In this document: positions 50,008 to 59,677 of the stretch, piece by piece | Numbering within the stretch: the first letter of the stretch is position 1 | Layout of the letters: every line of letters begins with the position of its first letter | Source of the DNA: an uncultured bacterium | Lineage (GTDB): Bacteria > Armatimonadota > Abditibacteriia > Abditibacteriales > Abditibacteriaceae | Length of the DNA stretch: 64,000 nucleotides | Assembly (NCBI GenBank): GCA_963843795.1 | Contig: CAWJLW010000006.1 | Coordinates: 3,050,375-3,114,374, forward strand | Reading direction: 5' to 3' | Made by a program: the position numbers and the translations under genes | The notes under the pieces: model-generated | The model's input: the letters and a program-made list of their open reading frames with translations, nothing else | Told to the model about the DNA's origin: nothing | The model's database searches: none

Positions 50008-50706
50008 ATGACACGCAAATATTTCCAAGCTCTGGCCGCACCGACTGCAATTGCTCTGACTCTCGCTCTCAGCGGAGCCGCTCAAGCCCAACCTGGCGCC
50101 GATAACGGTCTGGGCAACAATCCGCCCAACCAAGGCGGCGGCGGACGTGGCGGACGCGGTGGCGGCTTTGCCAATATGACGCCCGAACAGCGCGCGCAAA
50201 TGATGGAGCAGATGAAACAACAGCGCGCGATCCAACTGCGTCAAATGATGACGCAAGCCAACGTCACCGACGGCGGCACGCAGAATTTCGTCATCGACTA
50301 CGTTAATGCACAGACCGATGCCGAAATGAGCTTGCAAGAGAAAGCGCGCGCTGTACAACAAGCGCTGCGCAATCCCAACTCGACCGATGAGCAAATCGCC
50401 ACAGCGCTGGCCGATTTTCGCGCCGCGGTTGCTGCCGAAAAAGCACGTCGCGAAACCGCGCTCAAGCAATTGGATGAAGACATTTCCTACACAAAGAATC
50501 CGCGTCTCGATGCCCTGCTGACCATGGGTGGCATCATCGGCGATGAGGCCAGTTATGTTGGCGGCATGGGCGGACGTGGCATGGGCGGACGCGGTATGGG
50601 TGGTCCCGGTGGCATGGGCGGTCCCGGTGGTCCCGGTGGACGCGGTGGTCAGGGCGGCGGACAGGGCGGCCGACGCGGTCAAGGTGGCGGCGGTCAGGGC
50701 GCTTAA
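50008..50706 (+). CDS. Secreted Gly-rich helical protein (loosely Spy/CpxP-like)
   Basis: AAGGAG RBS, signal peptide, MTPEQR motif, Gly-rich termini. Confidence 0.72.
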   Translation: MTRKYFQALAAPTAIALTLALSGAAQAQPGADNGLGNNPPNQGGGGRGGRGGGFANMTPEQRAQMMEQMKQQRAIQLRQMMTQANVTDGGTQNFVIDYVNAQTDAEMSLQEKARAVQQALRNPNSTDEQIATALADFRAAVAAEKARRETALKQLDEDISYTKNPRLDALLTMGGIIGDEASYVGGMGGRGMGGRGMGGPGGMGGPGGPGGRGGQGGGQGGRRGQGGGGQGA

Positions 50707-50873
50707 ATATTCGCTATCAAATTCATAAATTGCCAAAGCGCTTTGCAAGTACTTGCCATTAATTTGTAATTCGCTGAAAGCTTAATTTCAAAGGGAAATC
50801 GCAATTGCGATTTCCCTTTGAAACTTTCAGTCATTGCCTGCAAGTACTTGCAGGCCACCGAGCACACAAAATT

Positions 50874-51464
50874 ATGAGCTCCTCACCATTGCTTGAACTT
50901 CATCTGCATTTATCCAACGGCAATACGCATCGTTTCGTGCAAAACGATGCGCAAGACGCGCAAACCGTTCTCGACCAGATCAATCTGAGGATTTTCGAGC
51001 AGTCTCATCTCACGCTTTCCGGCGATGACATAGTGGCGACTTATCCAGCGCCTTCGCTCAGCGGAGTGAGTATTCTCGTCGATAGCCCGCATGAAAAGTT
51101 GTTACGTCTGGCGACCGATCTTCAAGCCGGAGTTCAAAAAATGCGTGCCATCACGCACGACGAATATCGCGCAGGACGGCGCACGGTGCGTCCGATTACC
51201 GAAGGTCGGCCTTTTGTCATGTTGAGCGAAATTGATTTCAACAGCGGCCATCGTATCTGGGTCGCCACCGAAGTGCACGCCGCAACTTCACCAATGCAAG
51301 AACGCCAAATTCTGCAACACATTTTTAGCGGGCCGTGCCTGGCCTGTCTGCGCGCCGATGGCGGAATTGATCTGTGGAATCGGTCGCAAATGGCCAGCTA
51401 CACGTTTTGTCCCAAGCCAGCCACGCCGCCCACAGCCTGGCCCGCTCATATGCGCGTCGATTGA
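50874..51464 (+). CDS. Hypothetical protein
   Basis: 196-aa ORF fitting the gap; no recognisable motif. Confidence 0.6.
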   Translation: MSSSPLLELHLHLSNGNTHRFVQNDAQDAQTVLDQINLRIFEQSHLTLSGDDIVATYPAPSLSGVSILVDSPHEKLLRLATDLQAGVQKMRAITHDEYRAGRRTVRPITEGRPFVMLSEIDFNSGHRIWVATEVHAATSPMQERQILQHIFSGPCLACLRADGGIDLWNRSQMASYTFCPKPATPPTAWPAHMRVD

Positions 51465-51557
51465 ACCCGTCGATTGAAACAGTTTTTCGCTTTTGATTTC
51501 ATGCGGCGCATTATAAACTACCAATCAAGAATTCTTAGTCGCAAGGGAGAGATTTCC

Positions 51558-52097
51558 ATGCTACCGATTCAAAAGATTTTGTGCCCGATTGACTTTAGTG
51601 AGCCTTCGCTGGCGGCTTTGGATGCGGCGTGCGAACTGGCCGCGCATTTTGAGGCTGAAGTGCAAGTGCTGCATGTGCTACCACTTTTAGTGCCGTTTCC
51701 CGCCGAAGTCATGGCGATGGCGGGCAGTGCGCAGTTCTCCGATCAACAGCGCTGCAACGAGGCGATGCAGCTCATCGACAAAGTGCTTTTAGAACGCGTG
51801 CCGCAAGAGGTGCGCGCCAAAGGCGTGGTAAAAATGGGCAGTGCGCCGCACGAAATTACCAGCACCGCCGATGAAGAAGAGATCGATTTAATCGTAATTG
51901 GCACCCACGGCAGCAGCGGCTGGCGTCATCTGGCGTTTGGTGCGGTCGCCGACAAAGCAGTGCGCATGGCTCATCGTCCCGTTCTCACCATTCACGATGC
52001 AAACTCTAAAAGTGCGCCGGAATTTGTCGGCCCCGTAAATCAAACGACATCCGCACCGGTCAAAACTACGCCACAAATCACCATGTCGCAATTTTAA
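51558..52097 (+). CDS. Universal stress protein
   Basis: KILCPIDFS, DLIVIGTHG, FGAVADKAVRMAHRPVLTI. Confidence 0.92.
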   Translation: MLPIQKILCPIDFSEPSLAALDAACELAAHFEAEVQVLHVLPLLVPFPAEVMAMAGSAQFSDQQRCNEAMQLIDKVLLERVPQEVRAKGVVKMGSAPHEITSTADEEEIDLIVIGTHGSSGWRHLAFGAVADKAVRMAHRPVLTIHDANSKSAPEFVGPVNQTTSAPVKTTPQITMSQF

Positions 52098-52161
52098 GGA
52101 TGCTTTGCCACAAAACCGTCCTGCAAGTACTTGCGGGTGCTTTTGCTAAACTGCGGTTTCG

Positions 52162-53217
52162 ATGAAAAGTGCTTCTCCCACTCCCAACACCACAGTTCCG
52201 CTGGCTCCGTTGCCGCAGCTTTTTGCGCGCGAGAAACGTCTCCTTGGCTGGCAGGGCCTAACGCTGACACATCCTGAAGCGTGGTTTTTGCGCACCTTTG
52301 GTGGCGACCACAATAAAGGCACGCTGCGCATGACCGACGATGACGGCTTGCGTTTAGAAATTCTGTGGGAATCGCCCACGCGCGCCGCCGATATTCAAAG
52401 CAGCATTGAGAAATTTCTTGACGGTTTGGGTCGCGAAGCCAAAAAACAGAAAGCCGATTTTCGTATCGCCGATCATCCCGACATTCTGCCACGCAAAAAA
52501 GCCTCGCGCGCCCAACTGTTCAACTTTGGTTGGACCGGCCATTCCGCCGATCCCTTAGCCAATCAAGGCTGGGGCGCGGCATGGCAGTGCGAAACCTGTG
52601 GCCGTGTCGTAGTCGCGCATCTCGTCGGGCGGCAAAACGAAAGCACGGCCAAAACGCAAAGTTTGGCGCGCGAAGTTCTGGGTTCGCTGAACTGTCACGG
52701 TGTGGGTGGCTGGGAAACTTGGGGCGCGTTTAATTTTCGCGCCGAAGTGCCCGAAGAATTTGAACTGAAAAACGCCAAATTGATGGCCGGTCGCATCGAA
52801 ATGGAATGGCGACGCGCGGGCCAGCATTTGCCGATTGTGCCGCCATGGGCACGCTTCGACGAGCGTTTGCGATTGACGCGCGTTTCGGCAGCCAGCGTTT
52901 TGTTGGATAACGAAGCGCTCATCGACTGGACTTTGCGCACCGTCGCGCAGCCCGACCGCAAACGCAAATGGAGTTCTCACGCTCCGCAGGAAATTTTGGG
53001 CCACCCAGGTTTCATTTTACGAGGCCGTCCCAGCGAACTGCGCGCGGCAAGCGCGCAGTGGGCGATCAAGAAATTTCGTAAGCGCCCGCCAGTGACTTGC
53101 GAAATGCGCGTCTGGCACGATGAAGCCATCAACAAAATTTTCCTCATGGAAAGCGAATTGCGTCCCGCCAACGAACATGTCGCCAGCGATGTGCTCGATT
53201 CCATTGAAAGTTCGTAA
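52162..53217 (+). CDS. Hypothetical protein (contains CxxC)
   Basis: 351-aa open frame, same strand as its neighbours. Confidence 0.7.
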   Translation: MKSASPTPNTTVPLAPLPQLFAREKRLLGWQGLTLTHPEAWFLRTFGGDHNKGTLRMTDDDGLRLEILWESPTRAADIQSSIEKFLDGLGREAKKQKADFRIADHPDILPRKKASRAQLFNFGWTGHSADPLANQGWGAAWQCETCGRVVVAHLVGRQNESTAKTQSLAREVLGSLNCHGVGGWETWGAFNFRAEVPEEFELKNAKLMAGRIEMEWRRAGQHLPIVPPWARFDERLRLTRVSAASVLLDNEALIDWTLRTVAQPDRKRKWSSHAPQEILGHPGFILRGRPSELRAASAQWAIKKFRKRPPVTCEMRVWHDEAINKIFLMESELRPANEHVASDVLDSIESS

Positions 53218-53328
53218 TCGCAGCCCTCCCAAGCAACCCATCATATTTTGGTGAAACCTTTTGCAGTGAAAACCCACGAAATGGGTAGATAAATAGAAAG
53301 CGGCGATTGCAAAGCACGCTTTTTTGTC

Positions 53329-55485
53329 ATGTGCATTTTCTTTTCTTCTTCCCGCCGCCGCAAGCACCTGCAAGGCTTGGCACAGCAATTTGCCGCGTCG
53401 CAAGTACTTGCCCTTGCTTTGTTCACTTCGTTGGCTGTTCCCGCTCACGCGCAGAGCGCGAGTGCGCCCGACGCATGGGATGAAGCCACGATTGAAACAC
53501 AAATTGAGCGCGGCGATTCGCTTTTCAACGCTTACGATAAACGCGCCTTGCCAATAATTGCAGCAGCTTCGCGCGCTTCCCTTGATGCCCTGAGTGCCAA
53601 TAACGGCGCGAATTTGCTGACCGCTCCACCCGAACGGATGCCGCAAAACGGACCGCTGGCCGCTCTAACAATGCGCGCGGCGCGGGCGCACTTGTTGTGG
53701 GGCCGCGCCGCCGACCGTTTCGCCCAGCGCGATATTTCAATTATGGCTTTGGCGCGCGCTTATCGTTTGGCCGGCGTCAACTTCAACGGCACCAACACCG
53801 TTTCGCGCGATGCGCTGCGTTTATTGAACGCGCAACTGCGTTTGGGCTTGCCGCAGTTTGCTGCCGATGACACCATTGACACGCTTTCAGCACTCGGGCT
53901 GTGGAAACCTCTACGCTTTGGTTTCGCCCTTCCAAACAATGCGCTGGGACCGGGACAAAATAGCGCGCGCAACGTCGATTTGATGATTACGCAGGGCCAA
54001 CTTTTTCCCCCGGAAAAACTCGAAGCGCGCGCAGATGATGACAAAACTCGATTGGCGCCTTTATATCGCAATGTTTCGCCCGATGTGCTGCCGCCAGTTT
54101 TAAAATTGGGTTACATGACGGTTGGTTTCGAGCGTTTGAGCGATGGCCCGAATCGTGGATTGTGGCAGCAGACAGCGCGCGTTTACTATCCGCACTCGCT
54201 CTTCACTCGTGACAACCGCAACGACCGACCGCGCGCCGAAGCCTTGTGTACGCAATTTCTGCGCGTGCGTGCGCTCTGCCGCTACGCGCTGGGATTGGAA
54301 AACAACTACAAAACCGATGGCGTGACCGAGCTTTGGCTTTCAGAAGTTTCCGCGCTGTGGCCCGACGATGATGACGACCTTGAAATGGCCGATTTGCGCG
54401 GCGCTCGTATGCCGCCAGTCAACATCCACGCGCCCGAAAATTTGCCGCCCTCAATCGAACCGTTGCCACTGCGCGCGCCGTGGATGGCGGCGGGACAAAT
54501 CGACAGCGCGCCCGGCGACATCGTGTTTTTCAAAACGGGTCAATCGCGCAGCGAATGGGAATGGCTGCGCGAAATCGCTCACGAATACGGCCACGTCATT
54601 TTGCCGCCCGCTGCGGGTTTTCGTCCGCCACTGGAACCTTATGGCAATGGCGCGCTGGGCGAAACGCTGGCGATGCTGTGGCTCGCGCCCAATGCGACTT
54701 CTTATGAACTCGCCAATATTCTCAAAACTAACACCAGCGCGCCGCGCATCGCAAATATTTCCCCCATCGCCGCGCTGCCGCGTGCGCCTGGGGCGGCGAA
54801 TCCGGCGAACGAGCCACAACCCGTTTGGAATAATTCGCCGCAAGCGATGACATCCGAAGCGCTGGGGCACATTCGCCAGAACGCGCTGCCCGCACTGCGT
54901 TTGTGGAACGCGCAAGGGCCAAATTCGCCGCTGCGCCGTGACACGAGTGTGGCGGGGCTGAATTATTTTCAAGGCTTTGGCGTATGGATCGAACGCGTTT
55001 ATGGCGGCGATATTCTGGGCGCGAGCGCACAAAATTCCTTGCAGCGCACCGTCAATTCCTACGCCTACGATGCGCGTATGACGCCAACTAACACGGAAAA
55101 TTTCCTCAACGATTTTCAGAACTTCATGAAGTCGCTGTGGACAACGCGCAAAGTTTTGCCTTTATGGCTACCGGGCGCGCTGGAAAGCGTGCCGACCTCT
55201 TTACCCGCCGAACAGCTGGCGGCTCGCGCACCGCTCACCTTGCAAAAAGGCGCGCGCGTCGCGCTACGATTTTATGTACCGCCCAACACTGCTCGCCTGA
55301 CTTTGCAGTGGCGTGGCAAAAACGGTACTTTGAAAATCGACGGTTTGAATACGCGCCCCGCACGCGCCACTAGCAGCGAGTTGAGCGCCGCGAGCTTCGA
55401 TTTCACGCAAAATGGCTGGCAGCGTTTGGTGCTGAGCGCAACCGATAACGCGACTTTGATGGGCGCAAGCCTGGAGGCGCGTTGA
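53329..55485 (+). CDS. Secreted hypothetical protein with HExxH zinc-metallopeptidase motif
   Basis: Signal-like AVPAHA; EIAHEYGHVIL followed by a downstream Glu (LGETL). Start uncertain. Confidence 0.65.
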   Translation: MCIFFSSSRRRKHLQGLAQQFAASQVLALALFTSLAVPAHAQSASAPDAWDEATIETQIERGDSLFNAYDKRALPIIAAASRASLDALSANNGANLLTAPPERMPQNGPLAALTMRAARAHLLWGRAADRFAQRDISIMALARAYRLAGVNFNGTNTVSRDALRLLNAQLRLGLPQFAADDTIDTLSALGLWKPLRFGFALPNNALGPGQNSARNVDLMITQGQLFPPEKLEARADDDKTRLAPLYRNVSPDVLPPVLKLGYMTVGFERLSDGPNRGLWQQTARVYYPHSLFTRDNRNDRPRAEALCTQFLRVRALCRYALGLENNYKTDGVTELWLSEVSALWPDDDDDLEMADLRGARMPPVNIHAPENLPPSIEPLPLRAPWMAAGQIDSAPGDIVFFKTGQSRSEWEWLREIAHEYGHVILPPAAGFRPPLEPYGNGALGETLAMLWLAPNATSYELANILKTNTSAPRIANISPIAALPRAPGAANPANEPQPVWNNSPQAMTSEALGHIRQNALPALRLWNAQGPNSPLRRDTSVAGLNYFQGFGVWIERVYGGDILGASAQNSLQRTVNSYAYDARMTPTNTENFLNDFQNFMKSLWTTRKVLPLWLPGALESVPTSLPAEQLAARAPLTLQKGARVALRFYVPPNTARLTLQWRGKNGTLKIDGLNTRPARATSSELSAASFDFTQNGWQRLVLSATDNATLMGASLEAR

Positions 55486-55763
55486 ATTTCGTTTCGCGCA
55501 TAGGGTAAGTGAAATTCGCACTTGGCAAGTACTTGCAGGCCTTAAACTCCTTTTACTGCGTTCTCTGAGAAACGTTTGCGCTTTCCGGGCGAAACGCACA
55601 AGAGTTGCGATAATGTGGTGGCTTCTTTATACTGCTCTGGCTGTGCGAAGTGCAACCTGTTGACTTGTGCTTCGTATATTCTTGGTTGCTGCAAAAGCGT
55701 TGCAATTACTTGCAGAGCCTTTGCCCGCCAGTTATTTAATAAAAATTGAGGAAATTGACCATT

Positions 55764-56018
55764 ATGAAACCAGAAATTCATCCCGAATACATTCCCGCCG
55801 AAATTTCGTGCACTTCGTGCGGCACCGTCGTGAAAACTCACGCCACTGTGCCTTCGATTCGCGTCGATTTGTGCTCCAACTGCCATCCCTTCTACACCGG
55901 CAAGCAGCGCATTGTCGATACCGCCGGTCGCGTTGACCGCTTCAACCAGCGTCGCGCTGCGGGCGACAAAGCGCAAAAAGCAGCCAAAAAGCGCGAGAAG
56001 GCCGACGCCGCTTCGTAG
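55764..56018 (+). CDS. rpmE: 50S ribosomal protein L31 (zinc-binding type)
   Basis: [32 protein letters not shown]. Confidence 0.96.
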   Translation: MKPEIHPEYIPAEISCTSCGTVVKTHATVPSIRVDLCSNCHPFYTGKQRIVDTAGRVDRFNQRRAAGDKAQKAAKKREKADAAS

Positions 56019-56029
56019 ATAACCTTCCC

Positions 56030-56072
56030 AAACGGCGCAACGCGAACCCCCATTCGCGTTGCGCCGTTTTTT
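56030..56072 (+). terminator. Intrinsic terminator after rpmE
   Basis: AAACGGCGCAACGCGAA-loop-TTCGCGTTGCGCCGTTT plus T-tract. Confidence 0.8.
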
Positions 56073-56133
56073 GTTTTGTCCGTGCCGTCGTAGCGCACAC
56101 TTTGCAATTTTCGATTTTTCAGCGAGGCTTTTT

Positions 56134-57171
56134 GTGTCCAGTGATTCACCCAATTATTCGGCTTTGAATGGCGCGCCGATTGCGTCCAATGTCGCGCCGC
56201 CCGAAATGCAGTTGGGTGGGCAAGCTTTGGTCGAAGGCGTCATGATGCGCTCGCCCAAATATGTGGGTGCTGCGGTGCGACGCGCCGATGGACACATCGA
56301 AACCCGCGTCGAGCGCTTTGAACCCATCGCGCGTCGCATCCCTTTTTTCGGTTGGCCGTTCGTGCGCGGCGTAGTCGGCATGGTCGAAATGGTTTCTCTC
56401 GGCTCGCGCTACCTCAACTGGTCGAGCGAACTCGCGCTGCAAGACGATCCCGAATATCAGGCCAAACAAGCGAAAAAGAGTGTGGATGGCGCGCCACTCA
56501 AAGACGAAAAAGCCATGCCCGCCGCCACGTTCGCCTTGACGGCGTTAATTTCGTTTGGCTTCGGTTTTCTTTTGTTCGTCGCTTTGCCCAACTTACTGGC
56601 GGATTTAGTTCTGGAACGATTCACGTCCAATGTGGCGTTGCTCAATCTGGGTGAAGGACTTATCAAACTGGCGATTTTCATCGGCTATCTTGTGTTGATT
56701 GGGCGCATGAAAAACATCCGGCGCGTTTTTGAATATCACGGCGCCGAACACAAAGTCGTTTACGCCGCAGAAAATGGACGACCTTTAACACCCGATGGCG
56801 CGCGACCTTTCGACACGCCGCATCCGCGTTGCGGAACCGGCTTCGCGCTTTTGACGGTCGTGGTCAGCATTTTTTGCTTCGTGTTTTTGCCGTGGACGCA
56901 AGCGCATTGGCCGCGCGTGCTGATGCGTTTGGCGATGATGCCAGTTGTAGCGGGCGTGTCGTATGAAATTTTAAAATTGTCTTCGCACGCGCGCTGGCGT
57001 AAAGCGGCTTTGGTTTTTCTGACACCGGGAATGTGGCTGCAACGCTTGACCACGCGCCAGCCTGACGATGCCCAATTGGAAGTTTCGTGCGCCGCAATGC
57101 GCGCCGTCATCGCGATGGAAACCAATGCGCCCGCCCCGCACCTCGAAAGTCCCGAAACCGAAATTGTTTAA
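56134..57171 (+). CDS. DUF1385 family membrane protein
   Basis: GGQALVEGVMMR, FEYHGAEHK, HPRCGTGF, LQRLTT; usual neighbour of rpmE and prfA. Start uncertain. Confidence 0.88.
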   Translation: MSSDSPNYSALNGAPIASNVAPPEMQLGGQALVEGVMMRSPKYVGAAVRRADGHIETRVERFEPIARRIPFFGWPFVRGVVGMVEMVSLGSRYLNWSSELALQDDPEYQAKQAKKSVDGAPLKDEKAMPAATFALTALISFGFGFLLFVALPNLLADLVLERFTSNVALLNLGEGLIKLAIFIGYLVLIGRMKNIRRVFEYHGAEHKVVYAAENGRPLTPDGARPFDTPHPRCGTGFALLTVVVSIFCFVFLPWTQAHWPRVLMRLAMMPVVAGVSYEILKLSSHARWRKAALVFLTPGMWLQRLTTRQPDDAQLEVSCAAMRAVIAMETNAPAPHLESPETEIV

Positions 57172-57226
57172 AATCGCGCTGCCCGTACGGCTGCAAGTAC
57201 CTGCAGCCGTACGGGCAGCGCGATTT
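57171..57226. repeat. 56-bp palindrome centred on the variant GCAAGTACCTGC
   Basis: AAATCGCGCTGCCCGTACGGCT-core-AGCCGTACGGGCAGCGCGATTT between co-directional genes. Confidence 0.85.
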
Positions 57227-57260
57227 CACTGTCTCAATCTGAACTTATAAAGGTCGCAAG

Positions 57261-58445
57261 ATGAAACGATTTTCGATGCCAAAAATGCACTTTGCCGTCG
57301 CGTGTTGCGCCCTTGCTATCAGTGCATCGAATGGCCAAGCCGCGCCAGCCCAAATTAGCGCCCCGACCAGCCTTCAGCCGCATAGCGAAACAATTTTTTA
57401 CAGCGCGCGTTACTATTCGCCGCCCGGTTCGGGCGCAAATAGCCGCCAACATTTGTATTCCGTCGCGACAAATGGCAGTCAGCGCCGACAATTAACTGCG
57501 GGGCGCTTTCAGGAAGAAGCACCGCGCATTTCTCCCGATGGTCGCACCTTGGCGTTCGAGCGCCTTCACGACGATTACAGCGTCGATGTTTGCACACTCG
57601 ATTTGGCGACCAAACGCGTAAAAGTTGTGCTGCCCGCTGCGTTCAAAGACGCGTATATCAGCAAATTGGGATGGGCGCCGCAAAGTAACACGCTCGCAAT
57701 TCAGCGCGATAGCGAAGGCAATTCGGCGTTGTATCTGGTTGATTTCTCATCAGTCGAAAACCGACGTTTTTCGGGCCTTCTCAATTGGGCGTGGCGTCCA
57801 CAAAGCGCGCAACTTCGTCTCACCGATAGCAAAAACACGCGTTTATTCAACGTAGTTTCTCATCAGGAAACCAAATTACCGTCCGCGCTGGCCACTGCGA
57901 TTTGGCTCAATCGCGATGAGTGCGCGCGCATTACAAACCAACCCAATTTACCCAGTAGCGACAGCTACGATGCCAGCATCAAAAGCGTGGATATTCTCAA
58001 TCTGCAAGGCAAAATAGTGCGCAGCGTCGCGCCGCAAAAAGTCAGTGGTCTGAGAAAAATGGGCAACGATAACGCGGGCATGGACGGCGAAGAGGTCGAA
58101 TTCGACAGTCGCTCGATGCTGATGCCGATTCCGCGACATAACAGCGATTTGATGCTCGTCGCCGACGAACATACTAGTAGCGGCGGGAACTACGCGTTCA
58201 CGCGTTTCAATTCCAAAACAGGCCAAACGCGATTCTTAGCGCGCGGCAGGCGCTTGAGTTGGGCACGCGATGCCAAACGTTTCGCCCTTGTCGATTATCA
58301 CGATACGCTGCCTTACGACACGCTGCCCAACGGACATAAGCGCGTGGTTTACACGACACGCTTGCTAATCAGCGACAGCAAAGGCGCGCTGCGACCTTTG
58401 GTTTCAGGTCTGGTTTTGGTCGGCGATTGCGATTGGAATCGCTAA
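57261..58445 (+). CDS. Secreted TolB-like (PD40) beta-propeller protein
   Basis: Signal peptide; RQLT...[30 protein letters not shown] repeats. Confidence 0.75.
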   Translation: MKRFSMPKMHFAVACCALAISASNGQAAPAQISAPTSLQPHSETIFYSARYYSPPGSGANSRQHLYSVATNGSQRRQLTAGRFQEEAPRISPDGRTLAFERLHDDYSVDVCTLDLATKRVKVVLPAAFKDAYISKLGWAPQSNTLAIQRDSEGNSALYLVDFSSVENRRFSGLLNWAWRPQSAQLRLTDSKNTRLFNVVSHQETKLPSALATAIWLNRDECARITNQPNLPSSDSYDASIKSVDILNLQGKIVRSVAPQKVSGLRKMGNDNAGMDGEEVEFDSRSMLMPIPRHNSDLMLVADEHTSSGGNYAFTRFNSKTGQTRFLARGRRLSWARDAKRFALVDYHDTLPYDTLPNGHKRVVYTTRLLISDSKGALRPLVSGLVLVGDCDWNR

Positions 58446-58515
58446 AGCAGAAAACAGCATTGCAAGTACTTGCAACGCTTCTCAGTCACTTTTCAAGCCA
58501 CTTTCAAAAATAAAA

Positions 58516-59586
58516 ATGCAAACTTCTCTACTTGAAAAAGCTCTTTCGATTGTCGCGCGCTTCGATGAACTGACCGCGCAACTTTCCGATCCAAAAATTC
58601 TGGAAGATTTGTCCGATCTCAAGCGCGTCGGCAAAGAGCGCGCGCGGCTGGAGCCAACCGCGAGTGCCGCGCAGCGCGTCGTTGAACTCAACGCTTCTCT
58701 CACCGAAGCGCGGGCGATGCAGGACGACAGCGAAATGGGCGAACTGGCGCAAATGGAACTCGCCGAACTCGAACCGCAACTCGAAGCCGCGCAAACCGCG
58801 CTGGAAGAAGCTTTACTTCCGCGCGATGAAGACGCCGACCGCAACGTGATCGTCGAGATTCGTCAGGGCACCGGTGGCGAAGAAGCCGCGCTGTGGGCGG
58901 GCGATTTGTGGCGGATGTATAGCCGCTATGCCGAAACGCGCGGCTGGAAAACCGAATCGATTTCTCTCAGCGAAGCCGAAATGGGCGGCGTGAAAGAAGT
59001 TGTCTTTTCCATCGCGGGCAAAGGCGCGTGGGAAGCCTTGCAAAGCGAAAGCGGCGTGCATCGCGTGCAGCGCGTGCCCGCGACTGAACAAAAAGGCCGC
59101 ATTCACACCAGCGCCGCAACTGTCGCGGTTTTGCCTGAAGCCGAAGAAGTCGATATCGAATTGGATGAAAACGATATCGAAATGGAAACTATGCGTGCGA
59201 GCGGTGCGGGCGGCCAAAGCGTGCAGAAAAACGAAACTGCGGTGCGCCTGATTCACAGGCCCACCGGACTGATTGTCACCTGCCAGGACGAGCGCAGTTT
59301 GCGCCAGAACAAGGAAAAAGCGATGCGAGTTTTACGCTCGCGCTTATACGAAGCCGAACGCCAGCGCCAGGCCGACGAACGCGATGAAACGCGGCGCGCG
59401 CAGGTGAAAAGCGGCGACCGCTCGGACAAAATCCGTACCTATAACTTCCCCGAAAACCGCGTTACCGATCATCGCATCAATTGGAAAAGCAACGCTTTAG
59501 ATCAACTCGTCGCGGGCCGTCTGGACGATTTATTCGCCGCCCTGATTCAAGACCGCCGCGCGCAAATGTTGCAAGACGCGCAGTAA
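58516..59586 (+). CDS. prfA: Peptide chain release factor 1
   Basis: [22 protein letters not shown] (RF1 PxT motif), GGQ, IRTYNFP. Confidence 0.96.
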   Translation: MQTSLLEKALSIVARFDELTAQLSDPKILEDLSDLKRVGKERARLEPTASAAQRVVELNASLTEARAMQDDSEMGELAQMELAELEPQLEAAQTALEEALLPRDEDADRNVIVEIRQGTGGEEAALWAGDLWRMYSRYAETRGWKTESISLSEAEMGGVKEVVFSIAGKGAWEALQSESGVHRVQRVPATEQKGRIHTSAATVAVLPEAEEVDIELDENDIEMETMRASGAGGQSVQKNETAVRLIHRPTGLIVTCQDERSLRQNKEKAMRVLRSRLYEAERQRQADERDETRRAQVKSGDRSDKIRTYNFPENRVTDHRINWKSNALDQLVAGRLDDLFAALIQDRRAQMLQDAQ

Positions 59587-59677
59587 AATCTAAAGAAGGC
59601 GCTGCAAGTACTTGCAGCGCCTTTTTTCTTCATTAAAATTCAGCGAAATGGCATCGCATTGGCTTATGGCCCGTGTC

